A stretch of 64,000 bases of DNA, from the NCBI RefSeq assembly GCF_009914755.1, contig NC_060930.1. One strand, 5' to 3'. The notes beneath the pieces are model-generated. The model saw only the letters and a program-made list of their open reading frames with translations. It made no database searches and was not told the DNA's origin. Origin of the DNA: the human T2T-CHM13v2.0 reference genome, Homo sapiens. Positions 13,806-27,525 of the stretch are shown one piece after another; the stretch's first letter is position 1; each line of letters begins with the position of its first letter. A program made the translations under genes and the position numbers.

Positions 13806-13807
13806 AT
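13762..13807 (+). repeat. (CA)n microsatellite, about 20 units
   Basis: Direct read. Confidence 0.97.
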
Positions 13808-14446
13808 ATATCTTTAACTGTATCAATATATATCTGTTCCTGAAGCTTTTGAAATAATTCATATTTTCTCCTTAGGGATGATTTCTGGGGGTGACGTTAC
13901 AAGATCAAAAGTTATGAACAGCTTTAAGGCTCTCATCATACCTGGGAAGCCTATAGCACCCTCTGTGGAATGGACAAACCTGGGCTGAGATCCTGGCCTC
14001 CCGCCATGTGCTAGCAGTAAGTCTTTGGCATCTTAGGAACTCTCGTTGCATCTCTGTCTCCTCTATAAACTGAGGACAATATCACCTCTACAGTGGACTG
14101 TTGAGAAAAAAATCATGTATTTAAGTTCCTTGTTCATCGCTGTGCCCCAGGCCTAAAAGGACACCTGTTTATGTTTGATGCACAATAATACATTGGATGA
14201 ATGAACAAATGTGCTTAGTAGTGTATGTTGCACATTAAAATCCAATAAATAGCAACTTCCTTGAAGGTAGGCAGTAAAATGCTTTCCAAAAATGTTATAC
14301 TGATTTACATTCCTACTGTATGAGAGGGACTGTTTCACTATTATTTTAATAACACTGAACATTAGTTTTTAAATTTTTGCTAATATTTTAGGTTAAAATG
14401 TTCTGTTTAATTTACATTCTTTGAATGGTTAATGAAATTGAACCTA

Positions 14447-14814
<368 letters not shown>

Positions 14815-15123
14815 TTATTTGGGGTACTTAAATGTATGAGCTCTTTATATATAAAATATTTTGTTTCTTATATTTATTAGGCAAATTTTATATGTGCTTG
14901 CTTTTTAACTTTGATGTATTAGAAATTTTGTTTGTTTTAACACATAAAAGTTTAAATTCTTATAATGTATCAATCTTTTCTTTTATTTCTGTACTTTTTA
15001 AGCTTAAAGTCCTTCCAAATCAACAGAGTATATAAAAATTGACTTTTCTTGTACTCTTTTGGGATATGAGTAGATGGAATGAAATAAGGGCTCTAAATGG
15101 ATTTTTCCTCTCCATCAATGATT

Positions 15124-15621
15124 GTGTGGCTCATGATGCAGTTTGCCTGTATGGGATCTGTCCTCCCCTTCTCCCTAACTATTAGGCTTTGATTTTGTTC
15201 AGGGAATTATTTAAAGACACTAGACTTTCCCAGATTCTCTTGCAACTAAGGCTGCCCATATCACAAAATTCTGGTCAGTGACAAATAAGTGAAAGTCATT
15301 GGATGGAGCTTCCTGGACATGAGCAGCCTCAGGCAGCAGGTGCCTGTTTCCTTCCAGAAATGTGCACGAGATGCTGGAGGTGAGGCAGCCATTTTGCATG
15401 ATGACTAAAGCTGCCCACTAAGAATGGCTGTGCAGAATGATGGAAGGAAGCCCTGAAGGCATCCTGGAGCTTCCACAGCAGCCCTCCCTGCCTATTTTTA
15501 GAATCTTTAAGGTGCGGTGGTGTGGGAGAGGTGAGGCTTGGGGTGTGGCAAGGAACAGACTATTTGGTTAAGCCATTGTAAGTTAGGCTGCTATTACCTG
15601 CAGTTGTTAATTTACTAACAC
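15124..15621 (+). mobile_element. MaLR LTR (old MLT1, J-like)
   Basis: tttcccagattctcttgcaactaag, gctggaggtgaggcagccattttg, tttggttaagccattg motifs. Confidence 0.65.
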
Positions 15622-17436
15622 AAATGTCCAATACTGTTGACTGAAGAATTCTTCCCTCTACCTACATTAAATGATTACATTGTATAGAATATGATTCTGG
15701 TTTAATCTGTTTGCTTTTCTTCATCTGTTTAATTTAGAAGTAGTATAACATGATTTCATTATTAGAACTTTTACTTAATTTGAATAGATAGTGTCATTAA
15801 TTTTCTCTCACTTCTCTACTTTTTGAAACTTTTGTTCTTCTTGGTTGTCTATCCTTTCAGATAAACTTTGGAATCATATATATGTTTTTTAAAGCCTCTG
15901 TGATTTTGTTTGGAATTTCATTGAACCTACTCATTAATATGAGAACACCCCTTTAAGGTATTCCTATTGCACACTCAGAAACAGATTAATAACTATCTAT
16001 TTTCAAGTCTTCTTTTACTTTCACAGAAAAATGTACTATCTTGTTCATAAAGTTCTCGAACATTTCCTGAGCATTTTACCTTCTTTTGCTATTGTAAAAG
16101 AGATCTATTTAGCCATTATTTTTCTAAATGGATTATTCCTAGGGCTTGCTTCTTAGATCGAGTTAGGTAAATACTAATAGATAATAGCTGGCCAGTTGGT
16201 CTGAATACCATCAGTCTTATCTCTGTTTCATAATAACTAACTTTCGTTTTGTAGAACATCTTCAACTACCTTAGAATTCAATGTAAAAACACAAAGCCAA
16301 TTACAATTAACTGTGGAATCACACATAGGCTAACTGCTACGGAAGTTCCAGAGCAGGGAGATTAATATACTGCTTGTGACCTTCATCACCTGGCCCAGAT
16401 AACTCCTCCAGCCATCTGACGTAATCTCTTCACTTCCCTCACCTAGACTTCATTCTAAAGGCTCTTCCCATGTGTCCCCTCTCTCAGGCCAGCTCAGCTC
16501 TGCTCCCACCTCAGCAGCACTGTCAGCTCTTGGCTCAGTCAGAACTTGCCATACGTCAGTAAAATTAGGAAACCATTGAGGGTTATGGGAGCAGAGACGG
16601 GGGTGTTAAAAGGGGCCTGAGTAGGTAGTGACAGGAAACAACTGGCTGAAGTGGGCTCCTTTTATGAGATGACTGCAGCTCTAAATCATGTGTATGCTCT
16701 TTTCACATGTACATACATTATTAGTGGGATAGTCGAGTGTGGTGCAGAAGCCTCTTCAGGTGTTTCATGTGTATACCCCATTTTCCAACTAAATGGTAAG
16801 TTAATTGAAGAGACGAATACAGATTAAATTCTTTATAATGCACTCAAAAGAGCTAACTGAGATTCTTGCAATATGGTAAATTGTTGGTATACATGGTATT
16901 AACACTCTCAAAAGGTTGTAATAATTTTTTTCTCTATCAGTTGAGCTATAATAGACGTGTTTCTAAACCCTGTACATTTTTCTAAAGAACAGAATAAAGT
17001 GATCAAGCAAGCTTAGAATCATTCAAAGCTGTTTGAAATAATCCTAAGGTTTTGCTTCATATACTGAAAATTGAGAATGGATTCTGAAAATGATGTACTA
17101 TCAGAATAAATCAATTCATAATGCAATCATGGAGACTAACAGGACAATATGTCAAAGCAAGACAAATCCATACTAATACACAGTTTAGAATGTGTATTTC
17201 ACCTCTTAATGGCTGAAGAAAGTGTATGCATTTGTTCATACACAAAGCACAAGGAAAATGGAATAGATTGAGGTGACAGTGTTTTTCCTGTCATTAATTC
17301 ATGTCACTAAAAGCTCTAAATATCACAGATATATTTCTATATTCCAGATATACGAGTGAAAACACTGAAACTCTTTCTTCCCATCCTTCCACGCATCACT
17401 TATTAGGCAATGGTTGGTGAAAGCTAACATTTCTAT

Positions 17437-17800
17437 TATATGGATTAAATGTTTGTGTCCCCTCCAAATTCATATGTTGAAGCCCTAACTTCCAATGTGA
17501 TGATATTTAGAGATGGAGCTTTTGGGAGGTAATTCGGTTTAAATGAGGACATGAGGGTGGGGTCCCAATCCCATGATGGTATTAGTATCCTTATAAGAAG
17601 AGCTCTCTCTCTCTTTCTCTCCTCACCAGGCAAGAAGGCAACAGTCTGCAAGCCAGGAAGAGAGCCCTCACCAGACACCAAATCTGCCAGTACCTTGATC
17701 TTGGACTTCCCAGCCTCCAGAACTGTGAGAAGTAAGTGTCTGTTGTTTAAGCTACCCATTCTATGGTATTTTGTTATGGCAACCCAAGCTGACTAAGACA
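17437..17800 (+). mobile_element. MaLR LTR MLT1A/MLT1A0
   Basis: gtttgtgtcccctccaaattcatatgttgaa...ttggacttcccagcctccagaactgtgaga...gctgactaagaca. Confidence 0.88.
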
Positions 17801-19029
17801 ACCTCCTAATTGTCTAAGACATTTCTGATACTGAGAACAATCTCCTTCAATTGGCTACTGAGAGTAGAGGAAGCCAGCTTTCTCCCTTGTTATTACTCTA
17901 GTAGGTTGGGCTAGGCTTCGTGTGGAATTATGTCATTTTCGGGCTATGGGGGCTTTCTATTCCTTCATCATGATTACTGACAGTGTTTCAGTTCTCAATG
18001 TACACAGTCCCTGGCCAAGACATAGAGTAGGACTTAACATCACTGGTCACTGGTTACTCATTTCATCCTACAGGAAAGCACCCCCAACTCCTCAAGAGGC
18101 TGCCATTCCAGCTGTGTCAGTAATTAACTCAGTTTAAGAAAAGACTGGAGTTAGCTTTAACTTTGAGATCTATGCTTATAGGCCTAGGAGTCCCCTCAAA
18201 TCCCCATAGGAGACAGAAAAAAATAACACAAATGAAACATGTAATGCAAAAGGTAGTAGTAAGGACTGAAGGATGCATGCCTCATCTAAAAGCACTAAGT
18301 AAAAAATTCTTAAACACAAAATGTGTAGGCCAAACAAAACAGGTTTAGGGCTGACACAAGGAGGGTCCAAAGTGTATGGGGGAGAACTGGCTTCCAAAAG
18401 GACAGAGTTCCTGAGACTAGAGGAAAGTAGGTAAGTGAGAAAAAGGGTGAGAGGCAGGAAGCTGAGGAAATTCATGTTTGACAGTTTCCATATTCTTTCT
18501 GAGATAGGGATACAACTGGTTCCAAAGAGATTTAGGGCAGGGAGTAGTTTACCAAAGAGATGAACGTCTGGTATAATCATTGTGAGGATGGGAACAAAAA
18601 GCACCGGGCACATGAATGTGTTGCTCAGCAGGCTGAGGGCCCAGCTGAGGTTGGAGACCATAATGTGGTGGAGCCTACTCCAGTCTTCTCTGAATCCCCA
18701 GATTGAAATCAGTTTCCCCTCTTCTGCCCCCACAGAATCCAGGGCATCTTGTCACTTACTATGCACAACTGAAATGATCAGTTTATGAGTCTGTTCTATT
18801 AGAACCACAGCCCTTTGAGGCCAAGAACATTTACTTTCAGACCTTTGCAGAGAGTCTGACATGCACCAGATGGGGCTGAAATGGACAAGCTTTGGCTCAC
18901 CCAGACTGACACAAGTGGCTCCAGAGGCCTAAAGAAACCTAGAAACCACAGTCTGCTTCAGGTGGAATACTGGGATATGACACAGATCTCTTAGGAAAGA
19001 ACACCAGCACCCCCAGCTCTGATGTTTAA

Positions 19030-19225
19030 TGGAACACGGTTAATATCCTGGTTCTAGCTCTTAGCAGACATGAAATCCTGGGGTAACAGCACACAATCTC
19101 TGTGAACCTCAGTTTTGTCAACCATAAAACATGGATTATAATACCTACTTCCTTAAATGAGATAATGTATGCACAGTCCTTAGCATAAAAACTGGCATAA
19201 AATAAGTGCTCAATAAATACTGGTT
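19030..19225 (-). mobile_element. MIR SINE
   Basis: ctctgtgaacctcagtttt...aaatgagataatgtatg...aagtgctcaataaa. Confidence 0.75.
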
Positions 19226-19289
19226 CACTATCCTCTTTGGAGAGATTTTCCTGGTATTTCAAAAAACAACTTTCCCTACGTGGATGAGG

Positions 19290-19435
19290 GAAGGGATTCA
19301 GGCAAACCTCCGGCATTAGAATCACCTGGGATGTTTATTCAAACATGTGAATTTTCTGGGGGTGGAAGCCAGGAATTAGCATTTTTAACAATCATCCCAG
19401 GTGATTCTTACACTTAGTTAAATTTCAAGCCACTG
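19290..19435. mobile_element. MER5-type hAT-Charlie element
   Basis: cattagaatcacctggg...gcatttttaacaa..cccaggtgattct...gccactg. Confidence 0.7.
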
Positions 19436-19479
19436 GATTATGAAGCCTTCCAATTTAGTTCCTTTGTTTTTTTACTCCC

Positions 19480-20180
19480 ACTGCCACCTAAGTAGTCCTA
19501 GTAACTTCCCACAATGCTCTGACTCTTGTCCACCTCATTCCAGTCCTACACACTACTAACTGATTTTTCTTCCTAAAAGGCAATTCCAATTATGCTATGT
19601 CCTGGAATCAAAATCTCCAAGGGCTACACCTTGCCTGCCAAATCCTCACATTTGTACCTTGCCAGTCTTAATGCTCCTGCCTACTCCCTTACTGGGTTCC
19701 AGTCAAACAGGTCTACTAACTGTCACAGAACAAGCCCTATGCTTCAACTTCTCTTTGTTTCCACACAAAAGCCACACTCCGCTGCCCCAAGTCCTACCCC
19801 TTCCCTCAAGGATGATTTCATCTGCTATCTTCCCTATGAATCTTTGCCTGATCTCTTGCATTGATGTGATTTCTTTCTCCTGTGAGCTCTTGTCATTTTT
19901 TTTGGCTCTCTTACAATGTTTTTCACATTCCACCTTATGTTATTTTATACTAGCTTTATCCTCTCTGCTACGAGTTCCAGGGAAACAGGGACTACGTTAG
20001 CAAACATGGTGCCTAGCACAATGGCTGGAACAAAGTTGGGTCTCAACAAATGTTTGCTGAGTATATGAATGAATTCACATGACTGGACTGTAAGTCATGA
20101 GAGCAGAGACTGTGCATTAATTTTTTTGTAACTCCTGCATCACTTAGCAGTGTTTTCTATCCAGTAGGTGTTAGAAATGT
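19480..20180 (+). mobile_element. L2 LINE 3' fragments
   Basis: CT-rich body ending gtgcctagcaca...ctcaacaaatgtttgctgagtatatgaatgaat. Confidence 0.65.
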
Positions 20181-20605
20181 GGTGACTTAAATTTAACATT
20201 TGGTGACTTTTTCCCCTTTGATGACAAATTATTCAAAAAATACAACACAGCCAAGATTTCAATACTGAATGCTGGCATTTACTGGTTCCTTTTTATAGTA
20301 ATAACCATGACAATCGTTAGAATCTTAAATGGAATATGCTTCCCTATTTAGGAATACTAAAATTATACTAAAGTAAGGTGACTATTTTCTCTACAGCTGA
20401 GACCAACAGTTATCCTGTTTTACTTCATGAGACAAACTTAGATTCTAACTATAGTCCTTTTATAGCATGTGACATAAGAAGCTTTCAAAAATAGAATTTC
20501 TATTTTCATTTGAAATACTAAAAAATTTCTAAATACAGAATAGGTTTAATACACATATGTGTGTATATGCATATGTATGTCTATATACAAATATATAGCC
20601 AATTA

Positions 20606-23600
20606 CTTTTTAAATTAAACCTTTTGAGATTATTGTAGATTCACATACAGCTATAAGAAATAATTCAGGGAAATCTCATATACCCATTGCCCAGTTTTTC
20701 CCAATTGTAACATCTTGCAAAACTATAGTATTAAAATATCACAACCAGGACATTGGCAATCCAATCCACCAATCTTATTCAGATTTTTCCAGTTTTGCTT
20801 GTACTCATTTACGTGTGTGTGTGTGTGTGTGTGTATACATTTTAGTTCTATGCAATTATCTCAGTTTTGCTTGTATTCACTTGCATGTGCTTGTGTGTAC
20901 ATTTAATATTTAATTATATGCAATTTCCCCAATTTTGCTTATGTTCCCTTGTGTGTGTCTGTGTGTGCATTTAGTTTTATGCAATTTTATCATATGGGTA
21001 GCTTTGTGTATCCAGAGCCACAGTGAAGACACAGAACACTGCATCATCACAAGGATCCTTTGTGTTGACCTTGTCCAACCATTCCCCTGCCTTCCCTAAC
21101 TCTGTATCCACTAATCTGTTCACCAATTGGAATCATACAGCATGTAAACCTTTCGGGATTGGCTTTTTTTACTCAACATATTTCCCTGGAGATTCATCCA
21201 AGTTGTTAATTATCTCAATAGTTCATTACTTTTTGTTGTCACCTTATTAACTAAAGCCTATAGTTTACATCAGGGTTCATTCTTTGTATTGTAAATTCTG
21301 TGGGTTTTGACAAATGTATGATATCATGTGCCCACCATTACAGTATCATATAGAACAGTTTCACCACCCAGAAACCCCCTGTGCTTCACCTATTTATTCT
21401 TCTACCCGTCCCCCTCAATCTCTGACAATCACTGATCATTTCACTGTCTCTATAGTTTTGCCTTTTCCAGAATGCCATATAGTTTGAATCATACAGTATG
21501 TAGACTTTCATGCTAACTTTTGCACTTAGCAATATGCATTTACATTTTCTCCATGTCTTTTTGTGGCTTAATAGCTAATTTTTTTCATTGCCAAATAATA
21601 TTCCCTTGTATGGATGTACTACAGTTTATCTGTTAACCTATTGATGAACATCTTGGTTCCTACCAATTTTTAGCAATTATGAATAAGACTGCTATATGTA
21701 TTTGTGGGAAGGTTTTTGTGTAGACATAAGTTTTCAACTCATTTCGGTAAAAACCTAGGAGCGCAGTTGCTGGATCATATGGTAAAAGTATGTTTAATTT
21801 TCTAAGAAACTGCCAATTTGTCTTCCAAAGTGGTGGGATCATTCTGCATTCCCATCAGCAATGAATAAGAGTTCCTGTTGCTCCACATCCTTGCCAGCAT
21901 TTGGTGTTAGTATTTTAGATTTTAGCCAGTCTAATTTGTATGTAGTGGTATATCACTGTTTTAATTTGCAATTCCCTAATGACAGGTGATGTTGAGATTC
22001 TTTTCATACGCTATTTGCCATATGTGTATCTTCTTCAGCGAAGTGGCTATTCAGATCTTTTGCCCATTTTAAAAATTTGGGCATTTATTTTCTTATTGTT
22101 GAGTTTTTAAAATTCTTTGCATATTTCAGATATAAAAATTCTTTGTATATTTATATCTTTATCAGATATGTATTTGATAATTAATTTCTTCCAGCCTGTG
22201 ACTTGCCTTTTCATTTTCTTAACAGTGTCTTTCACAGAACAGAAGTTTTAATTTTAATAAAGTTCAACTTATAAATTTTTATTTCACTGGTCATGCTTTT
22301 GGTGTTGCATCTAAAAACTCATTGGCAAACCCAAGGCCATCTGGATTTTCTCCTGTGTTATCTTCTAGAAGACTTATAGTTTTGCATGGTACATTCTGGT
22401 CTATGACTCATTTCAAGTTAATTTTGTGAAAGGTGTAAGGTCCCTGTCCAGATTCACTTTTTTCATGTGTGCATATCCAGTTGCTCCAGTACTATTTATA
22501 AAAAAGACTACCCCCTTTCCACTGAATTGCCTTCGCTTCTTTGTCAAAAATCAGTTGACTATATTTTTAAGGGTCTATTTCTGGGCTCCCTATTCTGTTC
22601 CATTGATATATGTGTCAGTTCTCTTGCCATTACCATACTGCCTTAATTACCATCTTTATAGTATGTCTTGAAGTTGGGTGATGTCAGTCTTTTGACTTTG
22701 TTCTTCTTCTGTATTGTGTTGGCTATTATGGCTATTTTGCCTTTCCTGTAAAATTTATAGTCATTTTATTGATATCTACAAAATAATTTACTAGGAATTT
22801 GCTTTAGATTAAATTGATCTATACTTTATCTACAAATCAAGTGAGAAAGAACTGACATCTTAACAATATTGAGTCTTCTTATCCATGAACATGGAATATC
22901 TTTTTATTTAGACATTCTTTGATTTATTTGATCAGCTTTGCAGTTTTCCTCATATAGATCTTGTACATATCTTGTCAGATTTATACACAAGTATTTCATT
23001 TTTTGATGCTAATGTAGGCAGTATTGTGTTTTACATTTTAAATTCCAATTATTTATTGTTGGTATATAGGAAAACAATTGACTTTTGTACATTAACCTTG
23101 TATTCTGCAACCTTGCCATAATCACTTATGAATTCCAGGAATTTGTCAATTATTTGAGATGTTCTACATAGATAATTGAATCATCTGTCAACAAAGACAG
23201 TTGTATTTCTTTCTTCCCAATAACTTTAATTTCTTTTTCCGGTATTATTGCAATTGGCTAGGACTTCCAGTACAATGTTGAATTAGAGTGGTGAGAGGGA
23301 CATACTTTCCTTGTTCCTGATCTTGGGAGAAAGCATCTAGCTTCTCATCATTATATATAATGTTACCTACAGGCATTTTATAGATATTCTTTATCAGGTT
23401 GAGAACATTTCCTACATTTCTAGTTTCCTGAGAGTATTTATCATGAGAAGCTGTTGGATTTTGTCAAATTTTTTTCTGCATCTATTGTTATGATAATATG
23501 ATTTTTATTCTTTAGACTGTTCATGCCATGGACTACATTAATTGATTTTTGAATGTTGAACTAGTCTTGCATACCTTAAATAAATCTCACTTGGCTGTAG

Positions 23601-24555
23601 TATATAATTCTTTTTATACATTTTTGAATATAATCTGCTAATATTTTATTGAGGATTTTTGCATGTGTAGTCACAAGAGATATTAGTCCGTAGTTTTCCT
23701 TTCTTGTAATGCATTTGTCTGCTTTTGGTATTTGGATAATGCTGGGATCACTGGATGAGTTAAAACATGTTTCCTCTGCTTTTTTTTTTTCAGAAGAGAT
23801 TGCAAATTCTTTGGGATATTTTAGTAGACAATATGTATGTCTTTTCTTGTTTTTCTTTTACTGAAGTGACTAGTATTTCCATACTATATTGAAGAAAAAT
23901 GGTGAGAATGGACATTGTTGCATTGTTTCTGATCTTAGGAGGAAAACATTCAGTCTTTCACCTTTACACATTTGTTAGCTGTAGGATTTTGTAGATGCTC
24001 TTTAACAAACTGAGGTGATTCTCCTTATTTCTAACTTGTTTAGATTTCTATCAATAATGGGTGTTAAATACTATTTCTGAGCTTCGTATAATTTTTCTTC
24101 TTTAGCCTGCGGATTACATTGATTGCTTTTCAAATGTTGAACTAGCTGTGCAATCTAGAATTAATCTCACTTGGTCATGATATAGTATTGATTTTATACA
24201 TTTGTGGATTCAATTGTCAATATTTTGTTGAGGATTTTTGAGCCTATGTTCATGAGAGATATCAGTCTGTAGTTTTTTTTTTTGTTTTTTTGTTTTTTTT
24301 GTACAATCTTTGCCCAGTTTTGGTATTCGGGCAATACTAGACTCAGAGAATAACCTGGGAATTGTTCTCTCTCCTATTTCCTGAAAGAGATTATGTAAAA
24401 TTGGTGTTAATTCTTCTTTAAATATTTGGTAGAATTTTCCAGTGAAACCATCTAGGCCTAAAGATTTCACTTTGTGAAACTTATAAAATTATGAATTCAA
24501 CTTCTATAATAGTTATTGAAGTATTCAATTATGTATTTCATCTTGGTTAAGTTTG
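20606..24555 (-). mobile_element. Composite of L1MC-type LINE-1s (two 3' ends, duplicated ORF2 segment)
   Basis: L1MC3/4-like 3' end at ~20606 and a second L1MC1/2-like 3' end at ~21245. ORF2 remnants: 24210..24470 GLDGFTGKFYQIFKEELTPILHNLFQ and 21660..21842 PLWKTNWQFLRKLNILLPYDPA. Confidence 0.85.
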
Positions 24556-25271
24556 GTTTAATCACCTTTGATTGTTAATTTAGATGTCAGTATTTCTCAC
24601 ATTTACTAAACAAATGACTATAGCAACATTTGAAAAAAGCAAATGACTTTAGTTTAGTGCCCTGACATAATATATACAAAATCCACAGACAGTTTTATAG
24701 GCAAAAGTTCTGCAAGAGCAGGCAAGTGGTACATCTTATAATGTAAAAGAAAAAAAAATAGAAAAGGCAGAGTGTATGTGAGAAGAGCGTCTCGCAGGTG
24801 ATATTTGGGGATGCTGTGTCACTCAACGGTAAGGAAGCTGTTACTGATGGCTATTATTGTGCAGCACCAACATGACCCTGAGTTGATTTTATATAGTTAA
24901 GCCTTGTATAAGAATGCAAAAGAGATAAAATGGGTATATTGCCATTGTCCCTCAAATGGATGACTATGAGTGGGGATCAAGGTCAACAGACATTTTGCCT
25001 ACTATGTTTAGAAGGCATTCAAAGTGTTTGAGACATTTCAGCTCACAACAATGAAATCAGTCAACCAGAGAGCTAGAATTTCAGAGTTATAGTATGCCCC
25101 AGTTCAAGAGTTTGTAATTAATAGCACATATGCTTAATCAAATCCAAGTACAGCAAAAAAAAAAAAAATTCATTATAAATAATTATTTTATCATCTTAGT
25201 AAAAGGCAAACTTGTCTAAGGCCCTCAGAAAACTAGCAGATTCAATACCAGTCAAACCTCATTATCTCCAC

Positions 25272-25486
25272 ACCTCTGCCTCCCGGGTTCAAGCGATTCT
25301 CCTGCCTCAGCCTCCCGAGTAGCTAGGACTACAGAAGCCACCACACCCGGCTAATTTTTTGTATTTTTAATAGAGGTGGGGTTTCACCATGTTAGCCAGG
25401 ATGGTCTCGATCTCCTGACCTTGTGATCTGCCTGCCTTGGCCTCCCAAAGTGCTGGGATTACAGGCATGAGCCACCGCGCCTGGCC
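25272..25486 (-). mobile_element. 3'-truncated AluS (Sc-like) with no poly(A) tail
   Basis: Intact 5' end (…cgcgcctggcc at 25486); stops mid right arm at acctctgcctcccgggttcaag. Confidence 0.9.
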
Positions 25487-27415
25487 AAGCTTCAAAATTT
25501 TTATAGTGGGACCTAGAGAATTAAGGAGTCATTGACTTAAAAAGGAGATTTCCATTAGAAAGTTTGATTGAGTGATGATAATAAATTTTACATAGATAAG
25601 TTTGCTGTCTAAGGATATCATACTAGATGTTTATATTTACAATAAATTCCTCAGAGGTAGGAAATATGCCTTACTTGGTTTAGTAGTGTCTCTACTGCCT
25701 AAGCCAGAATAAGTCCTTAATAACTTTTAAAAATTATTTGTGGAATTGAAACTGTGAAGCAGACGTTTTGAAATGAGAGTGTAGAGGGAGAAGAACAGAG
25801 CATGAGCTCTTTTCATCTGAATCTAATCGACATGGTTTGGTGCAGCCTAACAATGGGAAGAGCTAGGAATGAGAAAAGTCCATTGAACCCTTAAGAGAGG
25901 TAACATAATATATAGAAAAAAAAGTACTTGATGAGAAGTCAGGGAATTTGGGTTCCAGTCCCAGTCCTACAGTCTTAGATAAGTTATTTCATTTTTCTGG
26001 ATTTCTCTGTTTATAAAATGTGGGCATTGGATTAAGTAATATTTAACAATCTTTCAACCTCCAATGTCAAGAGTTAAAAAGACTGGTGACCTTCACAGGA
26101 GAGGACTTATTTGTTGAGTTTTCTATCCTTCACAAAAGAAGAAAAAGTGATTTCAGTATTTTCAAATGGGCTTCTTTTAGAAAAGAGCAAGCTTGAGAGC
26201 AAGCGCAATGCCTTAGTCCACCCTGTGTCCTCCACATTTCTCAGCATGGCTAGCATTCAGCAGTCATTCTCAATGCTGGTCAGATTGTCTCCAGAGATGT
26301 TGCTAGCTTTCATCTTCAACGACTTCCCCTCCTTTAGTAGCTTTGTCCTCTTGTTGGAGAGTTCACTGACTCAAGTTAGAAGTGACCTCAGTTATATAAC
26401 AGTTGTTTTCAAGAAACTTCCACACACATACACAAAAGTGGTCTAAAACTGTTCTTATTCTCACATTTTGGACTGTAATTACATGACAACAGATCCCATT
26501 AAAATAAAAATGTCATTAAGAAAGAAGAGTCCCATATCCAAGTCAATAGCCTATTTCTTCGAATATATTCACTACTATAAAATTTCAGAGCAATTCAAGA
26601 ATTTGATAGTCCTTTTGGTGTGGAGATAATGCAAATTAAAATAAACAACTGATTTGTAATCTTTTTGGGAGAGAATGAATATGTATTTCTAAATTAGAGT
26701 ATTTAATACGAATATAAAGATACATTTTCTTGGCTATAGGCTACTTTTGATATATGATGTCTGAACAAAAGTATATGAACAGTTGCCAATTAATATATGT
26801 CTAATATAGGCAGATATTCAAACAAGCATTGAGCAATGTTATATAAATGCTGGCAGGGTAACTTGCTCCATTATTAGATAAATTTTGAAGACGCTATTTA
26901 AATTTCAGTCATGAAACAATCAGTGCCAATCTGATCAAATGATTGCCAAAGTTAGCATTAACCATAGTAGAGAAGCATTTGAGGAAAACGTAAAAATGTT
27001 ATTTTCTCTGTCTCAGATTCTCTTATTGCTGCTTGAACTCTAATTTGAATACCTTCTTCTCAGAAAGAGGCCACAATTAGAAGAGCAACAGGGTTTCATG
27101 TGGCAGGAAGAAAGTAGTACTGTCATATCCCATCAATCCTCTAAGCACCCAATCTTAGAGAAAATTCATTGCACTCTCTTCTGCCAACTCCAAAAGAGAT
27201 TTTCCCAAGAAATGAGTTTCAGGCAATTTTAGTTCCCATCACTACTGTCCATTTGTCATAACTGAAAAAAAAATCCATTATATTACAAAAAGATACGGTT
27301 ATCCAGTATTTGCTAATTATGATTGAGACCAGAAACATACAAAGTTTCAAAGAAAACAATTGAAGAGAACATCTGAAAGTAATTTCCCTCCATTCTTTGT
27401 TGTTCTGCTACTCAC

Positions 27416-27525
27416 GGCAAATCTTCCAAACTGGAGGCTTCATGTCTTGGATCCAAAAGATCATAACCACATTCATTGTAGATTTCCAAATAGGAAATGT
27501 GTGTTGTATATATTTTGCTGCTGTC
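27416..27525 (-). CDS. KIF6: KIF6 coding exon (probably exon 5), 110 bp
   Basis: Translates DSSKIYTTHISYLEIYNECGYDLLDPRHEASSLEDL+CC, containing the kinesin SYLEIYNE..DLL motif. Acceptor ccttttccaatcAG; donor GTGAGT. Its phase-0 start fits the previous exon. Not in the ORF track. Confidence 0.96.

Noticed and set aside
18176-18733. 185-aa hydrophobic ORF
   Set aside because: Leu/Ser/Phe-rich translation of purine-biased, L2-like DNA; no domain.
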